NCBI GenBank assembly: GCA_032718475.1
Contig: JAUCBJ010006718.1
Span: 1 to 64,000, forward strand
Reading direction: 5' to 3'
DNA length: 64,000 bases
Source: Nemertoderma westbladi
Lineage: Eukaryota; Animalia; Xenacoelomorpha
Every line of letters begins with the position of its first letter. Position 1 is the first letter of the stretch. The notes beneath the pieces were generated by a model, which was not told the DNA's origin, searched no databases, and was given only the letters and a program-made list of their open reading frames with translations. Positions 11,953 to 25,622 of the stretch are shown in pieces. The position numbers and the translations under genes are program-made.

Positions 11953-14789
11953 CAAATATAAACAGATGGAGGGGAATGGGTGGGACTTCGTTGATTTACA
12001 GGAATGGTATTTTTGGAAGCATCAATGCAATAAAGTCCGGAGATGATATTGTGGGAATAAAGGCGAAGCTACATAATTGTACACAGGAATTATTGTTTAT
12101 CTCATATTATGCTCCGGACTCCAGCAAGCACCCCAGTGAATACAAAAATTTTTTGTCAAGGCTCAAGAACGTAATACAAGAAAATGGAACTTCAATACCA
12201 TTTATCCTAGGAGACATGAACGCTGACGTTGGGGCCACCCAAGGACCACGTTTTCAGAGGAGTAAGCCGTCTTCTCAAGGATATCTTCTTCTTAATCTTC
12301 TTAATGACATGGGGATGATCACAGTGGATACAACACCTAAATTTACAGGGCCAGTGGTAACTTTTTACGGACGTGGGAAGACATACATAGACCATATAAT
12401 ATCAACGAAGATGGGAGAAAAATTTATTACTCGGGGTAAGGTTCACATACAGAAAGAAGAATCTAACTTATCGGATCACGCTCCTATCACAGCCATAATA
12501 CATATGCCAAAATCTAATAACCAAAGAAACCAGAACTGCCCTGTATGGAAACAGAAAGCCACCGCATGGCGACGAGTGAATGAGGATCAGGCTAAAATGT
12601 ATAGGGAGCAAGTCAGTAGTGAGTTGGAGCAACTAAAACTTAGATATGGCCCCGTTAGCTCATGGTCAGAAATGGATATGAATAGTTATATGGAAGGAAT
12701 CATAATTGCCATTACGTCTGCATCATTGAAGTATCTACCCCAGGTGAAACATAGAAAACATACCAAGAATGTTAGAATTCATAATATTTTATTAGCCGAG
12801 CGATCAAAGGTCACTAAGAAGCTGTTAAATATATGGGCTAGAAGAGGGAAGGAGACAAATGACCCATATGGTATGGCTTTCAAGGAAGCAAGGACGAATA
12901 TTCGCCGACTAAGAAATATGATCTCGAAAAATAATGTTAGAGAAGTAACAATGGGCATAGACCCTCATATATCCACTTCAAAACAATTCTGGAATAATTT
13001 TACAAAGAAAGAAAGGAAAAGACGTCAAGGAGGTGGAACCATGTCGAGCATGTTACAGACGAACATTAGGGAACATTTACAAGTTAAATTCAACAAAAGT
13101 TCAAAGGATAGTGTAGATAATGATATGGAGGAATTACGTAGGGAATTACACGAAAAGTGTAAAGGAACAATGTCATCCTTCAGCTCAGTCGAAATAAGTA
13201 GAGTAATAAAGAGGTTACCGCGTGGTAAAGCATTGGATTTTGCGTCCCTAACATCAGAACACATACAATGCTTAGAGATAGATAATATTAGTAATCACCT
13301 AGAAATAGTGTTTGCGGTAGCCACAAGACTAGGCCAAGTACCGTCATTATTTGGAAAAACAATAATTAGTAGCATATTCAAGGGTGGAGGCAGAGATGCG
13401 CAATTACCCCAATCCTATCGTCCTGTTTCAAGCGTTAGTGTGTTCGGAAAGATATTCGAAGGAGTATTGGCATATAGGATAACCACCTACTCCAAACTTA
13501 AGGTTCACAGGTTACAGACGGCTTATAGGAAAAGAAATGGAGCAGACCTAGTAATATCGTTAATCCTAGAATGTATAGAATATTATCGAAAACGTAAAGT
13601 CCCAGTATATTTATGCCAAATGGACATAGCTTCGGCATTTGATAGCGTCAATCATGTGAAACTATTTAGAAACCTATCAAAGTTCGTAGACCCATATATA
13701 ACTCTTCTGCTAATTAGCTATTATGAAGTAACAGAAATGTTCTGTAAATGTGATAATCTCGTAGATATTAATGGGTTCAGAGTATCAAACGGAGTAAAAC
13801 AAGGATCAATTTTGTCACCATTGCTTTTTAATTTTTATACTTCTGAGATAATGGATGATATGGAGAACTCTCAGCTGGGATGCCATATAGCCTCTGAATG
13901 GATAGGAGCAGTTTGTTACGCCGATGATTATCTGCTTATATCAACAAACAGACATGACATAACTCGACTCGCCACCGTATTAATGAAAAGTGCATCGAAA
14001 ATTAACCTAGATATTGAGTGTTCAAAAACCAAATGGATATGTATATCAAAACAGCAAGAAGAGTCATCAAATCAACTTGTAATTATTGGGAAACAAATAA
14101 AATCCAGTGACCGAATTAAATTCCTTGGTGTAAAGTTATTCTCAAATGCAAACAAAATAAAGGGTGAAATAGATAGTATTTTGTATGGTATCTCGAACGA
14201 GTTTCTACGGAATAGTTGGACCCCTGAATGGTTTAGCTTGAACACAATTGCAAAACTATGGACTTCATACGCTCTCCCAAAGATTTTATATAGCACACGA
14301 TTCTATCTGGGTGGACTGTCGAAACAAGATATTGCAGGAATAGATGTAACCTATAGAAAGATTTTGCGAAAGTTACTCCATTTGGGACGTTATGCAAATA
14401 ACCAGGTTATATACGAACTCCTAAATACGTTGCCGCTCAGAGTGATGATATATCGAGAAATTTTATCCATGATAATTAGAATTCCATCATGTCCAAATAA
14501 TGGTATCCAAAAACTCCTACTGATACTATTATTGGAAAACAAAAATCAGAAGTATCAGGGGCTGGGAAGTGCGTTCAACTCCACCGCCATAAACTATCCA
14601 ATACCATCTCTCATAAACTTGCTGAATGGACTTTATAGTAAAAAATGTATCCAATCGGAGATTGAAACTGGGTGTCTAACAATACAAGAGTTAATAACTG
14701 TGTCATTTATTAAATCTACATACGGATTACAGAGTTTGAGCTTTAAACAGAAACACACACGAGTCTTGGAATACTTCAACGTTAACTAA
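11949..14789 (+). CDS. LINE ORF2, APE endonuclease (N-terminal motifs missing) plus reverse transcriptase; RTEX/Proto2-like by inference
   Basis: 946-aa open frame with YAP, GDMN, YIDH, SDH, YRPVS, DIASAFD, GVKQGSILSP, YADD. Confidence 0.9.
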   Translation: MTNINRWRGMGGTSLIYRNGIFGSINAIKSGDDIVGIKAKLHNCTQELLFISYYAPDSSKHPSEYKNFLSRLKNVIQENGTSIPFILGDMNADVGATQGPRFQRSKPSSQGYLLLNLLNDMGMITVDTTPKFTGPVVTFYGRGKTYIDHIISTKMGEKFITRGKVHIQKEESNLSDHAPITAIIHMPKSNNQRNQNCPVWKQKATAWRRVNEDQAKMYREQVSSELEQLKLRYGPVSSWSEMDMNSYMEGIIIAITSASLKYLPQVKHRKHTKNVRIHNILLAERSKVTKKLLNIWARRGKETNDPYGMAFKEARTNIRRLRNMISKNNVREVTMGIDPHISTSKQFWNNFTKKERKRRQGGGTMSSMLQTNIREHLQVKFNKSSKDSVDNDMEELRRELHEKCKGTMSSFSSVEISRVIKRLPRGKALDFASLTSEHIQCLEIDNISNHLEIVFAVATRLGQVPSLFGKTIISSIFKGGGRDAQLPQSYRPVSSVSVFGKIFEGVLAYRITTYSKLKVHRLQTAYRKRNGADLVISLILECIEYYRKRKVPVYLCQMDIASAFDSVNHVKLFRNLSKFVDPYITLLLISYYEVTEMFCKCDNLVDINGFRVSNGVKQGSILSPLLFNFYTSEIMDDMENSQLGCHIASEWIGAVCYADDYLLISTNRHDITRLATVLMKSASKINLDIECSKTKWICISKQQEESSNQLVIIGKQIKSSDRIKFLGVKLFSNANKIKGEIDSILYGISNEFLRNSWTPEWFSLNTIAKLWTSYALPKILYSTRFYLGGLSKQDIAGIDVTYRKILRKLLHLGRYANNQVIYELLNTLPLRVMIYREILSMIIRIPSCPNNGIQKLLLILLLENKNQKYQGLGSAFNSTAINYPIPSLINLLNGLYSKKCIQSEIETGCLTIQELITVSFIKSTYGLQSLSFKQKHTRVLEYFNVN

Positions 14790-16310
14790 CAAACTAGGGA
14801 ACTAGGCTAACGTAAATCATGTAACTGTATACTTAGGGTTGGTTTTAAAACATATAATATAAATTGTGCATATTACGACTGATGTTGGAACTTCTTGAAA
14901 CGTTTATTAATTTGTGTTTGTAAATATTGTAAATTATGTCTCATGGGTGTATGTATCTCTAGATATCTGGAAATTTAGCCCGATCTTTTACTGAATATAG
15001 CCACCGGGGCGTGAAGCCGGACGAATATTTATATTTATACCAGGTAGGATATATCCCACTCTTCGTTTTGCTCGAGGAAATTTTAATATATCTATCAACC
15101 CCACTTCGGGAGATGTTTACATTCAGAAACAAGGAAAATGTACACTTCTAAACAAAGCTTTTACCGAAGCTCTAATTCAATACAGAGGAAAGTTATTACA
15201 ACTTTTCTATTTCACTATAGTAATGAGAATATGGTTCCACTCAATGAAGTTGAACACAAAATTTGTGAGCAACAAAAATGGGACCAAAATTGTTGATGCA
15301 CGCATGAATTTGGCCTTTTTAGATTACTTATTTTACTGATTTTTAGCTCAAAACACCATTTTTTATTGATAAAGGTGGTTGCTATCAACTATTTCAGTTA
15401 AATAATGCTTTATTAAGGGTTTGACGCCATCTAGTGCCATTATACACATATTCTACCTATAATAATGCCCCATTGGCTGTGCTATTATATTATGGTTAAT
15501 TTGATATATAAGCTCGATTGGTTGAATGCCTTACTCACTCAGTGCATTATTCTGCTGTGGAGCTACATCTCCCATGCAGAGTTTTAACTGCCGCTCAGGT
15601 TTTTGATGACTGGAAATTATTACATGTCTATGTCTAATGTCTGAAGTCGAATATTTGAACTAAATTCATTGTTAATAATTGAATTATATTTACTTGATGT
15701 TATATCTGATATTCTGCTGATAAAATCAATTTGTTGTTATTATTTGCTTAATATATCACCGATATTACGGAATCAAGAAAGTTTTACACACGCCACAACC
15801 AGGTGGGTCACTATAATTAAGTATCAGTGATAATCTGGACAATTGCATCAGATATATGTGTGCCGTCGAACCTCTAACTTAATAAATAATTAATATATGG
15901 CGATATTTCAGACCATTATTGTAAGCAAAGCTCTTATTATTAACTATATCACGATTGAGAGTTGTCACAATTTGAATACGAGAGCGATATTAATATAATT
16001 AGACCAAAGACTTGTTACAATACATTTCCTCTAAAGGGAAACACATTTGCCAGACTTGAGTCCTTACATAATTAAATAGTAAGTCATCTCTCGGTACTGT
16101 ATCTCAGTTAAATATAATAGACGATCAAATACCGCATTGAACTAAGTGAAATATAGAGCAAATCAATACATGAAAGGAAAGAAAGGGGAAATAAACAGAT
16201 ACATTGAACGGCCCTTCGTTGAAGGTATAAACCTGTTCAACTCGCAAAACTGTTAAAAAGTATATGTATCATGTGATTTAACGCACCTACAAGCGAAACA
16301 AGCATATATA

Positions 16311-16378
16311 AGAAGCCAACTTGGGGAAGTCAACTTTGGGAAGCCAACTGGGGGAAGTCAACTTTGGGAAGCCAACTT
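16311..16378. repeat. 28-bp tandem repeat, about 2.4 units
   Basis: gaagccaacttggggaagtcaactttgg repeated. Confidence 0.8.
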
Positions 16379-16496
16379 GATTCAAACTAGATCCGGTTTG
16401 ACTGAAAACTTCAGAATAGGCCTAGCCACTTCAATTAATCACAGAGACTCACTAGAATATGAATTAGTTATCGAACTCACCCAGGCCTGAAAACAC

Positions 16497-17947
16497 ATGC
16501 ACTCAGTCCAATTAATTCCAAAAGAATTTAAACTGACTCATTCTGAGAAAGCAGGACAAAATTGTGGTTGTATTGATATCCCAAATGATGCTGCTAATAA
16601 TGGTTACCACCCTACTAACTGCACTGAGACTTTAACCCCAATCATACTTAATATAAATTGCCAATCAATCAGAAACAAGATTTCTGTTCTAAAATTCCTG
16701 ATCACACTCATATTATGTCTAACAGAAACTCATCTTATTGAAGACGAATCAGATGATATTTCCTCATGCCCTGAATTGAAAGCTTTTATTATATAAGTAA
16801 GTGATATATATTATTTAAGTAAGTCTATATGGGTTGACTTACATGCATTTAAAACTTCAATTCGCCTTGGTACAGTCTATGTCCCTAACATTACTACTAC
16901 AGAGAGCAATTTTTCTATTACTTCAGATTTTGATATTTTCAACAGGATAGAGCATACACGACCTGTCATCATAACAGGGGATTTTAATCTTCGAAACGTT
17001 GATACATACTAAATTCAATTGTTTCAGAGTGTATACCCATGTCTAAACGAAACTCTCAAAAGGAAATCCCTGCAATAAAAAAGCTGCTTCGGACAATCTC
17101 CAGTGTCAAACATAAATTCAAAACTTCTTCTCAGCAATGGCGCTCCTAAAGAGCTCCAAGACCAATTCGCTGCACTAAATGCCAAACTGGAATCAACGTA
17201 TTTGGAATCACAAGCTGTTAATGAAAATATAATTTTGAGACATAAAAAAAACTCTAAGAAATTCTGGAGATATACCAAATCAAACCTATGCCGACAAAGC
17301 AATGTTTCATCCCTGAAGGACTCAAACGGTATTAAATTTACAGCCGATGATCTTTTAAACAAGACCTTCCTGGCAGCTTGTATAGCGGACATTGTTATAA
17401 ATCCACCCCAACCATCCAAGTATCCCCCTAACCAACTATCTCATGTCAATTTTGATAAAGTTGAAGTCTATATAATTCTCAGCAAGCTCAAAGTGAATAA
17501 AGCCACCAGTCCTGACAAAATCACAGCAGCACTGCTCAAGAAGATTTGAGTTTGGGTTGCCGAACCAATCAGTTGTCGTTTTCAACACTGTTTCAACTCT
17601 GGGATGGTTCCTGAAGCCTGGCGGATTGCCCACATTATTCCAATCTACAAGAACAAAGGGTCTCGCACTGATCCACAGAACTATCGACCTATCTCCCTCA
17701 CGAATTTATTGGTTAAGGTAATGGAAACTATAATTCGAGATTCTATGATTTCTTATTTATTAAGAATAAATGTAATCAATCAGTCCATAACAACATGGTT
17801 GGTTTCATGAAATCTAAATCAACTTTCACTCAACTGCTTTATTGCAGTCTTGATTGGGCTACCTTTAGAAACTCAGGTGCCTCTGTGGACACCTACAGAC
17901 TTCCAACGGGCTTTTGACAAAGTATCACATAAGAAACTTGGCTCATA
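16497..17947 (+). pseudogene. Decayed CR1-like LINE, 5' part (endonuclease to early RT)
   Basis: NINCQSIRNK, CLTETHL, GDFN, KKFWRY, PIYKNKGSRTDPQNYRPISLT, DFQRAFDKVSH across frameshifts. Confidence 0.85.
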
Positions 17948-20900
17948 TGGACTCTGTGGCCAGCTGCTGGCTTGGTTGACTGACTGCTTTCCTTACCAAC
18001 CGAATGCAACTGGACTCTGTGGCCAGCTGCTGGCTTGGTTGACTGACTGCTTTCCTTACCAACCGAGTGAAACTGGACTCTGTGGCCAGCTGCTGGCTTG
18101 GTTGACTGACTGCTTTCCTTACCAACCGAATGCAACTGGACTCTGTGGCCAGCTGCTGGCTTGGTTGACTGACTGCTTTCCTTACCAACCGAATGCAACT
18201 GGACTCTGTGGCCAGCTGCTGGCTTGGTTGACTGACTGCTTTCCTTACCAACTGAGTACAACTGGACTCTGTGGCCAGCTGCTGGCTTGGTTGACTGACT
18301 GCTTTCCTTACCAACCCAGTGCAACTGGACTCTGTGGCCAGCCGCTGGCTTGGTTGACTGACTGCTTTCCTTACCAACCGAATGCAACTGGACTCTGTGG
18401 CCAGCTGCTGGCTTGGTTGACTGACTGCTTTCCTTACCAACTGAGTGCAACTGGACTCTGTGGCCAGCTGCTGGCTTGGTTGACTGACTGCTTTCCTTAC
18501 CAACCAAGTGCAGCTGGACTCTGTGGCCAGCCGCTGGCTTGGTTGACTGACTGCTTTCCTTACCAACCGAGTGCAACTGGACTCTGTGGCCAGCTGCTGG
18601 CTTGGTTGACTGACTGCTTTCCTTACCAACCAAGTGCAGCTGGACTCTGTGGCCAGCCGCTGGCTTGGTTGACTGACTGCTTTCCTTACCAACCGAGTGC
18701 AGCTGGTCTCTGTGGCCAGCTGATGGCTTGGTTGACTGACTGCTTTCCTTACCAACCCAGTGCAACTGGACTCTGTGGCCAGCCGCTGGCTTGGTTGACT
18801 GACTGCTTTCCTTACCAACCGAGTGCAACTGGACTCTGTGGCCAGCTGCTGGCTTGGTTGACTGACTGCTTTCCTTACCAACCATGTGCAACTGGACTCT
18901 GTGGCCAGCTGCTGGCTTGGTTGACTGACTGCTTTCCTTACCAACCCAGTGCAACTGGACTCTGTGGCCAGCCGCTGGCTTGGTTGACCGACTGCTTTCC
19001 TTACCAATCGAGTGCAACTGGACTCTGTGGCCAGCTGCTGGCTTGGTTGACTGACTGCTTTCCTTACCAACCCAGTACAACTGGACTCTGTGGCCAGCCG
19101 CTGGCTTGGTTGACTGACTGCTTTCCTTACCAACCGAATGCAACTGGACTCTGTGGCCAGCTGCTGGCTTGGTTGACTGACTGCTTTCCTTACCAACCGT
19201 GTGCAACTGGACTCTGTGGCCAGCTGCTGGCTTGGTTGACTGACTGCTTTCCTTACCAACCCAGTGCAACTGGACTCTGTGGCCAGCCGCTGGCTTCGTT
19301 GACTGACTGCTTTCCTTACCAACCGAATGCAACTGGACTCTGTGGCCAGCTGCTGGCTTGGTTGACTGACTGCTTTCCTTACCAACCCAGTGCAACTGGA
19401 CTCTGTGGCCAGCTGCTGGCTTGGTTGACTGACTGCTTTCCTTACCAACCCAGTGCAACTGGACTCTGTGGCCAGCCGCTGGCTTGGTTGACTGACTGCT
19501 TTCCTTACCAACCGAATGCAACTGGACTCTGTGGCCAGCTGCTGGCTTGGTTGACTGACTACTTTCCTTACCAACCCAGTGCAACTGGACTCTGTGGCCA
19601 GCTGCTGGCTTGGTTGACTGACTGCTTTCCTTACCAACCCAGTGCAACTGGACTCTGTGGCCAGCTGCTGGCTTGGTTGACTGACTGCTTTCCTTACCAA
19701 CCCAGTGCAACTGGACTCTGTGGCCAGCCGCTGGCTTGGTTGACTGACTGCTTTCCTTACCAATCGAGTGCAACTGGACTCTGTGGCCAGCCGTTGGCTT
19801 GTTTGACTGACTACTTTCCTTACCAACCGAGTGCAACTGGACTCTGTGGCCAGCTGCTGGCTTGGTTGACTGACTGCTTTCCTTACCAACCCAGTGCAAC
19901 TGGACTCTGTGGCCAGCCGCTGGCTTGGTTGACTGACTGCTTTCCTTACCAACCGAATGCAACTGGACTCTGTGGCCAGCTGCTGGCTTGGTTGACTGAC
20001 TGCTTTCCTTACCAACCCAGTGCAACTGGACTCTGTAGCCAGCTGCTGGCTTGGTTGACTGACTGCTTTCCTTACCAACCAAGTGCAGCTGGACTCTGTG
20101 GCCAGCCGCTGGCTTGGTTGACTGACTGCTTTCCTTACCAATCGAGTGCAACTGGACTCTGTGGCCAGCTGCTGGCTTGGTTGACTGACTGATTTCCTTA
20201 CCAACAGAGTGCAACTGGACTCTGTGGCCAGCTGCTGGCTTGGTTGACTGACTGCTTTCCTTACCAACCGAGTGCAACTGGACTCTGTGGCCAGCTGCTG
20301 GCTTGGTTGACTGACTGCTTTCCTTACCAACCCAGTGCAACTGGACTCTGTGGCCAGCTGCTGGCTTGGTTGACTTACTGCTTTCCTTACCAACCGAGTG
20401 CAGCTCGACTCTGTGGCCAGCTGCTGGCTTGGTTGACTGACTGCTTTCCTTACCAACCGTGTGCAACTGGACTCTGTGGCCAGCTGCTGGCTTGGTTGAC
20501 TGACTGCTTTCCTTACCAACCGAGTGCAATTGGACTCTGTGGCCAGCTGCTGGCTTGGTTGACTGACTGCTTTCCTTACCAACCCAGTGCAACTGGACTC
20601 TGTGGCCAGCCGCTGGCTTGGTTGACTGACTGCTTTCCTTACCAACCGAGTGCAACTGGACTCTGTGGCCAGCTGCTGGCTTGGTTGACTGACTGCTTTC
20701 CTTACCAACCGTGTGCAACTGGACTCTGTGGCCAGCTGCTGGCTTGGTTGACTGACTGCTTTCCTTAACAACCCAGTGCAACTGGACTCTGTGGCCAGCC
20801 GCTGGCTTGGTTGACTGACTGCTTTCCTTACCAATCGAGTGCAACTGGACTCTGTGGCCAGCTGCTGGCTTGGTTGACTGACTGCTTTCCTTACCAATCG

Positions 20901-23496
20901 AGTGCAATTGGACTCTGTGGCCAGCTGCTGGCTTGGTTGACTGACTGCTTTCATTACCAACCCAGTGCAACTGGACTCTGTGGCCAGCCGCTGGCTTGGT
21001 TGACTGACTGCTTTCCTTACCAACCGAATGCAACTGGACTCTGTGGCCAGCTGCTGGCTTGGTTGACTGACTGCTTTCCTTACCAACCGTGTGCAACTGG
21101 ACTCTGTGGCCAGCTGCTGGCTTGGTTGACTGACTGCTTTCCTTACCAACCCAGTGCAACTGGACTCTGTGGCCAGCCGCTGGCTTGGTTGACTGACTGC
21201 TTTCCTTACCAACCGAATGCAACTGGACTCTGTGGCCAGCTGCTGGCTTGGTTGACTGACTGCTTTCCTTACCAACCCAGTGCAACTGGACTCTGTGGCC
21301 AGCTGCTGGCTTGGTTGACTGACTGCTTTCCTTACCAACCCAGTGCAACTAGACTCTGTGGCCAGCTGCTGGCTTGGTTGACTGACTGCTTTCCTTACCA
21401 ACCCAGTGCAACTGGACTCTGTGGCCAGCCGCTGGCTTGGTTGACTGACTGCTTTCCTTACCAATCGAGTGCAACTGTACTCTGTGGCCAGCCGCTGGCT
21501 TGGTTGACTGACTGCTTTCCTTACCAACCGAGTGCAACTGGACTCGGTGGCCAGCTGCTGGCTTGGTTGACTGAATGCTTCCCTTACCAACCCAGTGCAA
21601 CTGGACTCTGTGGCCAGCCGCTGGCTTGGTTGACTGACTGCTTTCCTTACCAACCGAATGCAACTGGACTCTGTGGCCAGCTGCTGGCTTGGTTGACTGA
21701 CTGTTTTCCTTACCAACCCAGTGCAACTGGACTCTGTGGCCAGCTGCTGGCTTGGTTGACTGACTGCTTTCCTTACCAACCGAGTGCAACTGGACTCTGT
21801 GGCCAGCTGCTGGCTTGGTTGACTGACTGCTTTCCTTACCAACCGAGTGCAACTGGATTCTGTGGCCAGCTGCTGGCTTGGTTGACTGACTGCGTTCCTT
21901 ACCAACCGAATGCAACTGGACTCTGTGGCCAGCTGCTGGCTTGGTTGACTGACTGCTTTCCTTACCAACCAAGAGCAGCTGGACTCTGTGGCCAGCTGCT
22001 GGCTTGGTTGACTGACTGCTTTCCTTACCAACCGAATGCAACTGGACTCTGTGGCCAGCTGCTGGCTTGGTTGACTGACTGCTTTCCTTACCAACCCAGT
22101 GCAACTGGACTCTGTGGCCAGCTGCTAGCTTGGTTGACTGACTGCTTTCCTTACCAACCCATTGCAACTGGACTCTGTGGCCAGCTGCTGGCTTGGTTGA
22201 CTGACTGCTTTCCTTACCAACCAAGTGCAGCTGGACTCTGTGGCCAGCCGCTGGCTTGGTTGACTGACTGCTTTCCTTACCAATCGAGTGCAACTGGACT
22301 CTGTGGCCAGCTGCTGGCTTGGTTGACTGACTGCTTTCCTTACCAACCGAGTGCAACTGGACTCTGTGGCCAGCTGCTGGCTTGGTTGACTGACTGCTTT
22401 CCTTACCAACCGAGTGCAACTGGACTCTGTGGCCAGCTGCTGGCTTGGTTGACTGACAGCTTTCCTTACCAACCCAGTGCAACTGGACTCTGTGGCCAGC
22501 TGCTGGCTTGGTTGACTGACTGCTTTCCTTACCAACCGAGTGCAGCTCGACTCTGTGGCCAGCTGCTGGCTTGGTTGACTGACTGCTTTCCTTACCAACC
22601 GTGTGCAACTGGACTCTGTGGCCAGCTGCTGGCTTGGTTGACTGACTGCTTTCCTTACCAACCGAGTGCAACTGGACTCTGTGGCCAGCTGCTGGCTTGG
22701 TTGACTGACTGCTTTCCTTACCAACCCAGTGCAACTGGACTCTGTGGCCAGCCGCTGGCTTGGTTGACTGACTGCTTTCTTTATCAACCGAGTGCAACTG
22801 GACTCTGTGGCCAGCTGCTGGCTTGGTTGACTGACTGCTTTCCTTACCAACCGTGTGCAACTGGACTCTGTGGCCAGCTGCTGGCTTGGTTGACTGACTG
22901 CTTTCCTTACCAACCCAGTGCAACTGGACTCTGTGGCCAGCCGCTAGCTTGGTTGACTGACTGCTTTCCTTACCAATCGAGTGCAACTGGACTCTGTGGC
23001 CAGCTGCTGGCTTGGTTGACTGACTGCTTTCCTTACCAACCGAGTGCAACTGGACTCTGTGGCCAGCTGCTGGCTTGGTTGACTGACTGCTTTCCTTACC
23101 AACCGAGTGCAACTGGATTCTGTGGCCAGCTGCTGGCTTGGTTGACTGACTGCTTTCCTTACCAACCGAATGCAACTGGACTCTGTGGCCAGCTGCTGGC
23201 TTGGTTGACTGACTGCTTTCCTTACCAACCAAGAGCAGCTGGACTCTGTGGCCAGCTGCTGGCTTGGTTGACTGACTGCTTTCCTTACCAACCCAGTGCA
23301 ACTGGACTCTGTGGCCAGCTGCTAGCTTGGTTGACTGACTGCTTTCCTTACCAACCGAGTGCAACTGGACTCTGTGGCCAGCTGCTGGCTTGGTTGACTG
23401 ACTGCTTTCCTTACCAACCCAGTGCAACTGGACTCTGTGGCCAGCTGCTGGCTTGGTTGACTGACTGCTTTCCTTACCAACCGAGTGCAACTGGAC
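17948..23496 (+). repeat. 63-bp tandem array, 88 units, derived from CR1 RT sequence
   Basis: Unit tggactctgtggccagctgctggcttggttgactgactgctttccttaccaaccgagtgcaac; 5549 bp = 88x63 + 5. Confidence 0.97.
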
Positions 23497-24720
23497 TGTT
23501 CGCGCTTTCAGACCTTTGGCAGTTTAACCCGCCAAGTTAGGATGTCTTCTAGATAATAAATCGCTTTTAGCCTCTGACAAGTATTTGATTCACTACACTA
23601 GTTGAAACCAATCTGTGCGCGATCATTCACCCGCTGGATATACCCGGGAGATTGACTTCGACGGCTTAATCTTATTGCTATGTAAGCCTAATGTATTATT
23701 CGACTGACAGTATTATATAATCTCTGACAATATTATTCACCTTCGGGGAATATTAACAGTTCCTTTTGGACGTGGCGCTCTATCTATATAAACAGAGCTA
23801 TGACTTAAACTACATGCAACGATATGGCTTAGTTACAATTCACATATATGGCGCATTCTTTAGGAAATGCTTCGTTATCAGTCTCACTCATACACAATGC
23901 TGCACAATACTGCACACTGATCTGCCGATCTTCACTGATTTTAGTCACATATAAAAGGAACACAGACTGACTCATGTAGGGTCTATCAGATAACATTAGA
24001 TTCACTTCAAACCACTTTAACATAAGTCACAATCGTTATATGTAACCTGTCTCTCTTACCTTCGGTATATCAAGAATATTGGGTTTTCGGGGTTATTTCT
24101 CGTTATTCCAAATATAATATTTCATCAACCATATAATGAATAACCGACAGTAAATAGCAGTATAACGTTATAAAAGTATGCACGACAAGACCAGCCAAGC
24201 ATTGAGTAAGATGTTAACCATTGAGTTACCCAGTGTGATGTCAGATAACGGATATATGTCCTTATAATTAAGCCTACTAGTGTTAGGCTAAAAGCAGAAA
24301 AGCACAAATATTCCAAAAGCCGTTCTTTCTTGGCTCAGGACTGAATGATAACACTGCCCATAAAGCATTGCGTGATTTCTAGGAAATTTCTGTACAAGAA
24401 CAGTAAAAACGCTCTGATTGGTTGACTGAACTGAGAGGCACCGTAGAACAAAGAAAATCGACACGTATACAGCTCAGCTGTTAACCGTCGTCATAGTAAC
24501 TACTGTTTCAAGAGGATCTAGCTATTTTGCGTCATAGAATTGCCATAGAATCACCAACCATGTCCCCCAAAGTACACATACGGAAGAAATAGCTCTTAGG
24601 TCCTCTAAAAAACACCGATACAGCAATAATACGGCCTCTTACGCCTACTAAACCAACTACAGAGTATTTTACGGGAAAAATAAGGAAAAATAACCGGGCA
24701 ATTCCGCAAAAGCTTTTACA
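23497..24720 (-). repeat. 3' LTR
   Basis: Direct repeat of 34862-36085; about six substitutions seen by eye. Confidence 0.97.
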
Positions 24721-25622
24721 CCGCTCCCAGAAAATGGGATTTTCAGTCTATAAAATATAAAAATCACAGTTTCTAAAACATAAAGATACTCTAAACAGTT
24801 AGTTTTTCTTGCGCGGACGGCGTTCACGCAGTTTCCCGAGGCCAGCAAGAGTCCTTTTCTCTTTGGGGCGAGCCACTTTACTAGAAAGGCTATAACTCCT
24901 GGGTAAAGGGTGCAATACAATTGCATTAGAAGGTTTGGGTTTACGGTCGGTGTCTCATCCATTTCGATATGCTTCTCCTCGAGCTGATTTTCCTCCGCTT
25001 GTCATGGGATACGTTCGTCCAAAACTCTCGCAGAGAATAGGGTTTTCTAAGCTTGATATCTTCTTAGAGATTCGAGATTTCCCAATCGAACTGAGATAAG
25101 GCCAATTCGTTTATCGATTGGACTTACTGTTATAACTTACGTTTATCTGAACAAACGCAGGTTTCTTTTTTGATCTTTATAGAATAGCGTTTAACTCGTT
25201 TCGTACAACGCTCTCCTTCACCTTGATGAAGGGTTGTATCGCGTTAAACGGGGACGACCATACGGTTGGATAGTGATATTAGGTGTCCGCGTCACAATCC
25301 GGCTAGGTAAGATGGGCGGCTAGCTAGAAATCACTGTCGGAGTGTTACCGATTAATTGTTAGGGTAGCACTAGATCTTTGAACAGTGAATACAGTCCGCG
25401 AGGATCCGCGACACCACCAGGATCGCAGGTCTGAGGTCCAACTAAGGAATGAGGAGGTTTGACCGAGTATTCCGGGACTCTGATCGTAGGTTTACTCCAG
25501 GATCGTTCGAGCCGAGTGAGCATAGGTGATACGTCAAACAAGTTTCGCTCGAAACTCCAGTAAATATAACGAGCACAACTGTGTTTAACACAACGTTTCC
25601 GTGGATGTTTATGTCTTTCCGT

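Noticed and set aside
14930-16490. Host gene, exon or promoter in the unassigned AT-rich interval
   Set aside because: No ORF, repeat termini or recognisable motifs to support a call
17948-23496. CRISPR-like array
   Set aside because: Head-to-tail units, no unique spacers, no cas genes, eukaryotic TE context
17850-23540. Very long ORFs (700-1383 aa) on both strands
   Set aside because: By-product of a stop-free 63-bp unit; several frames are open at once and are broken by sporadic stops
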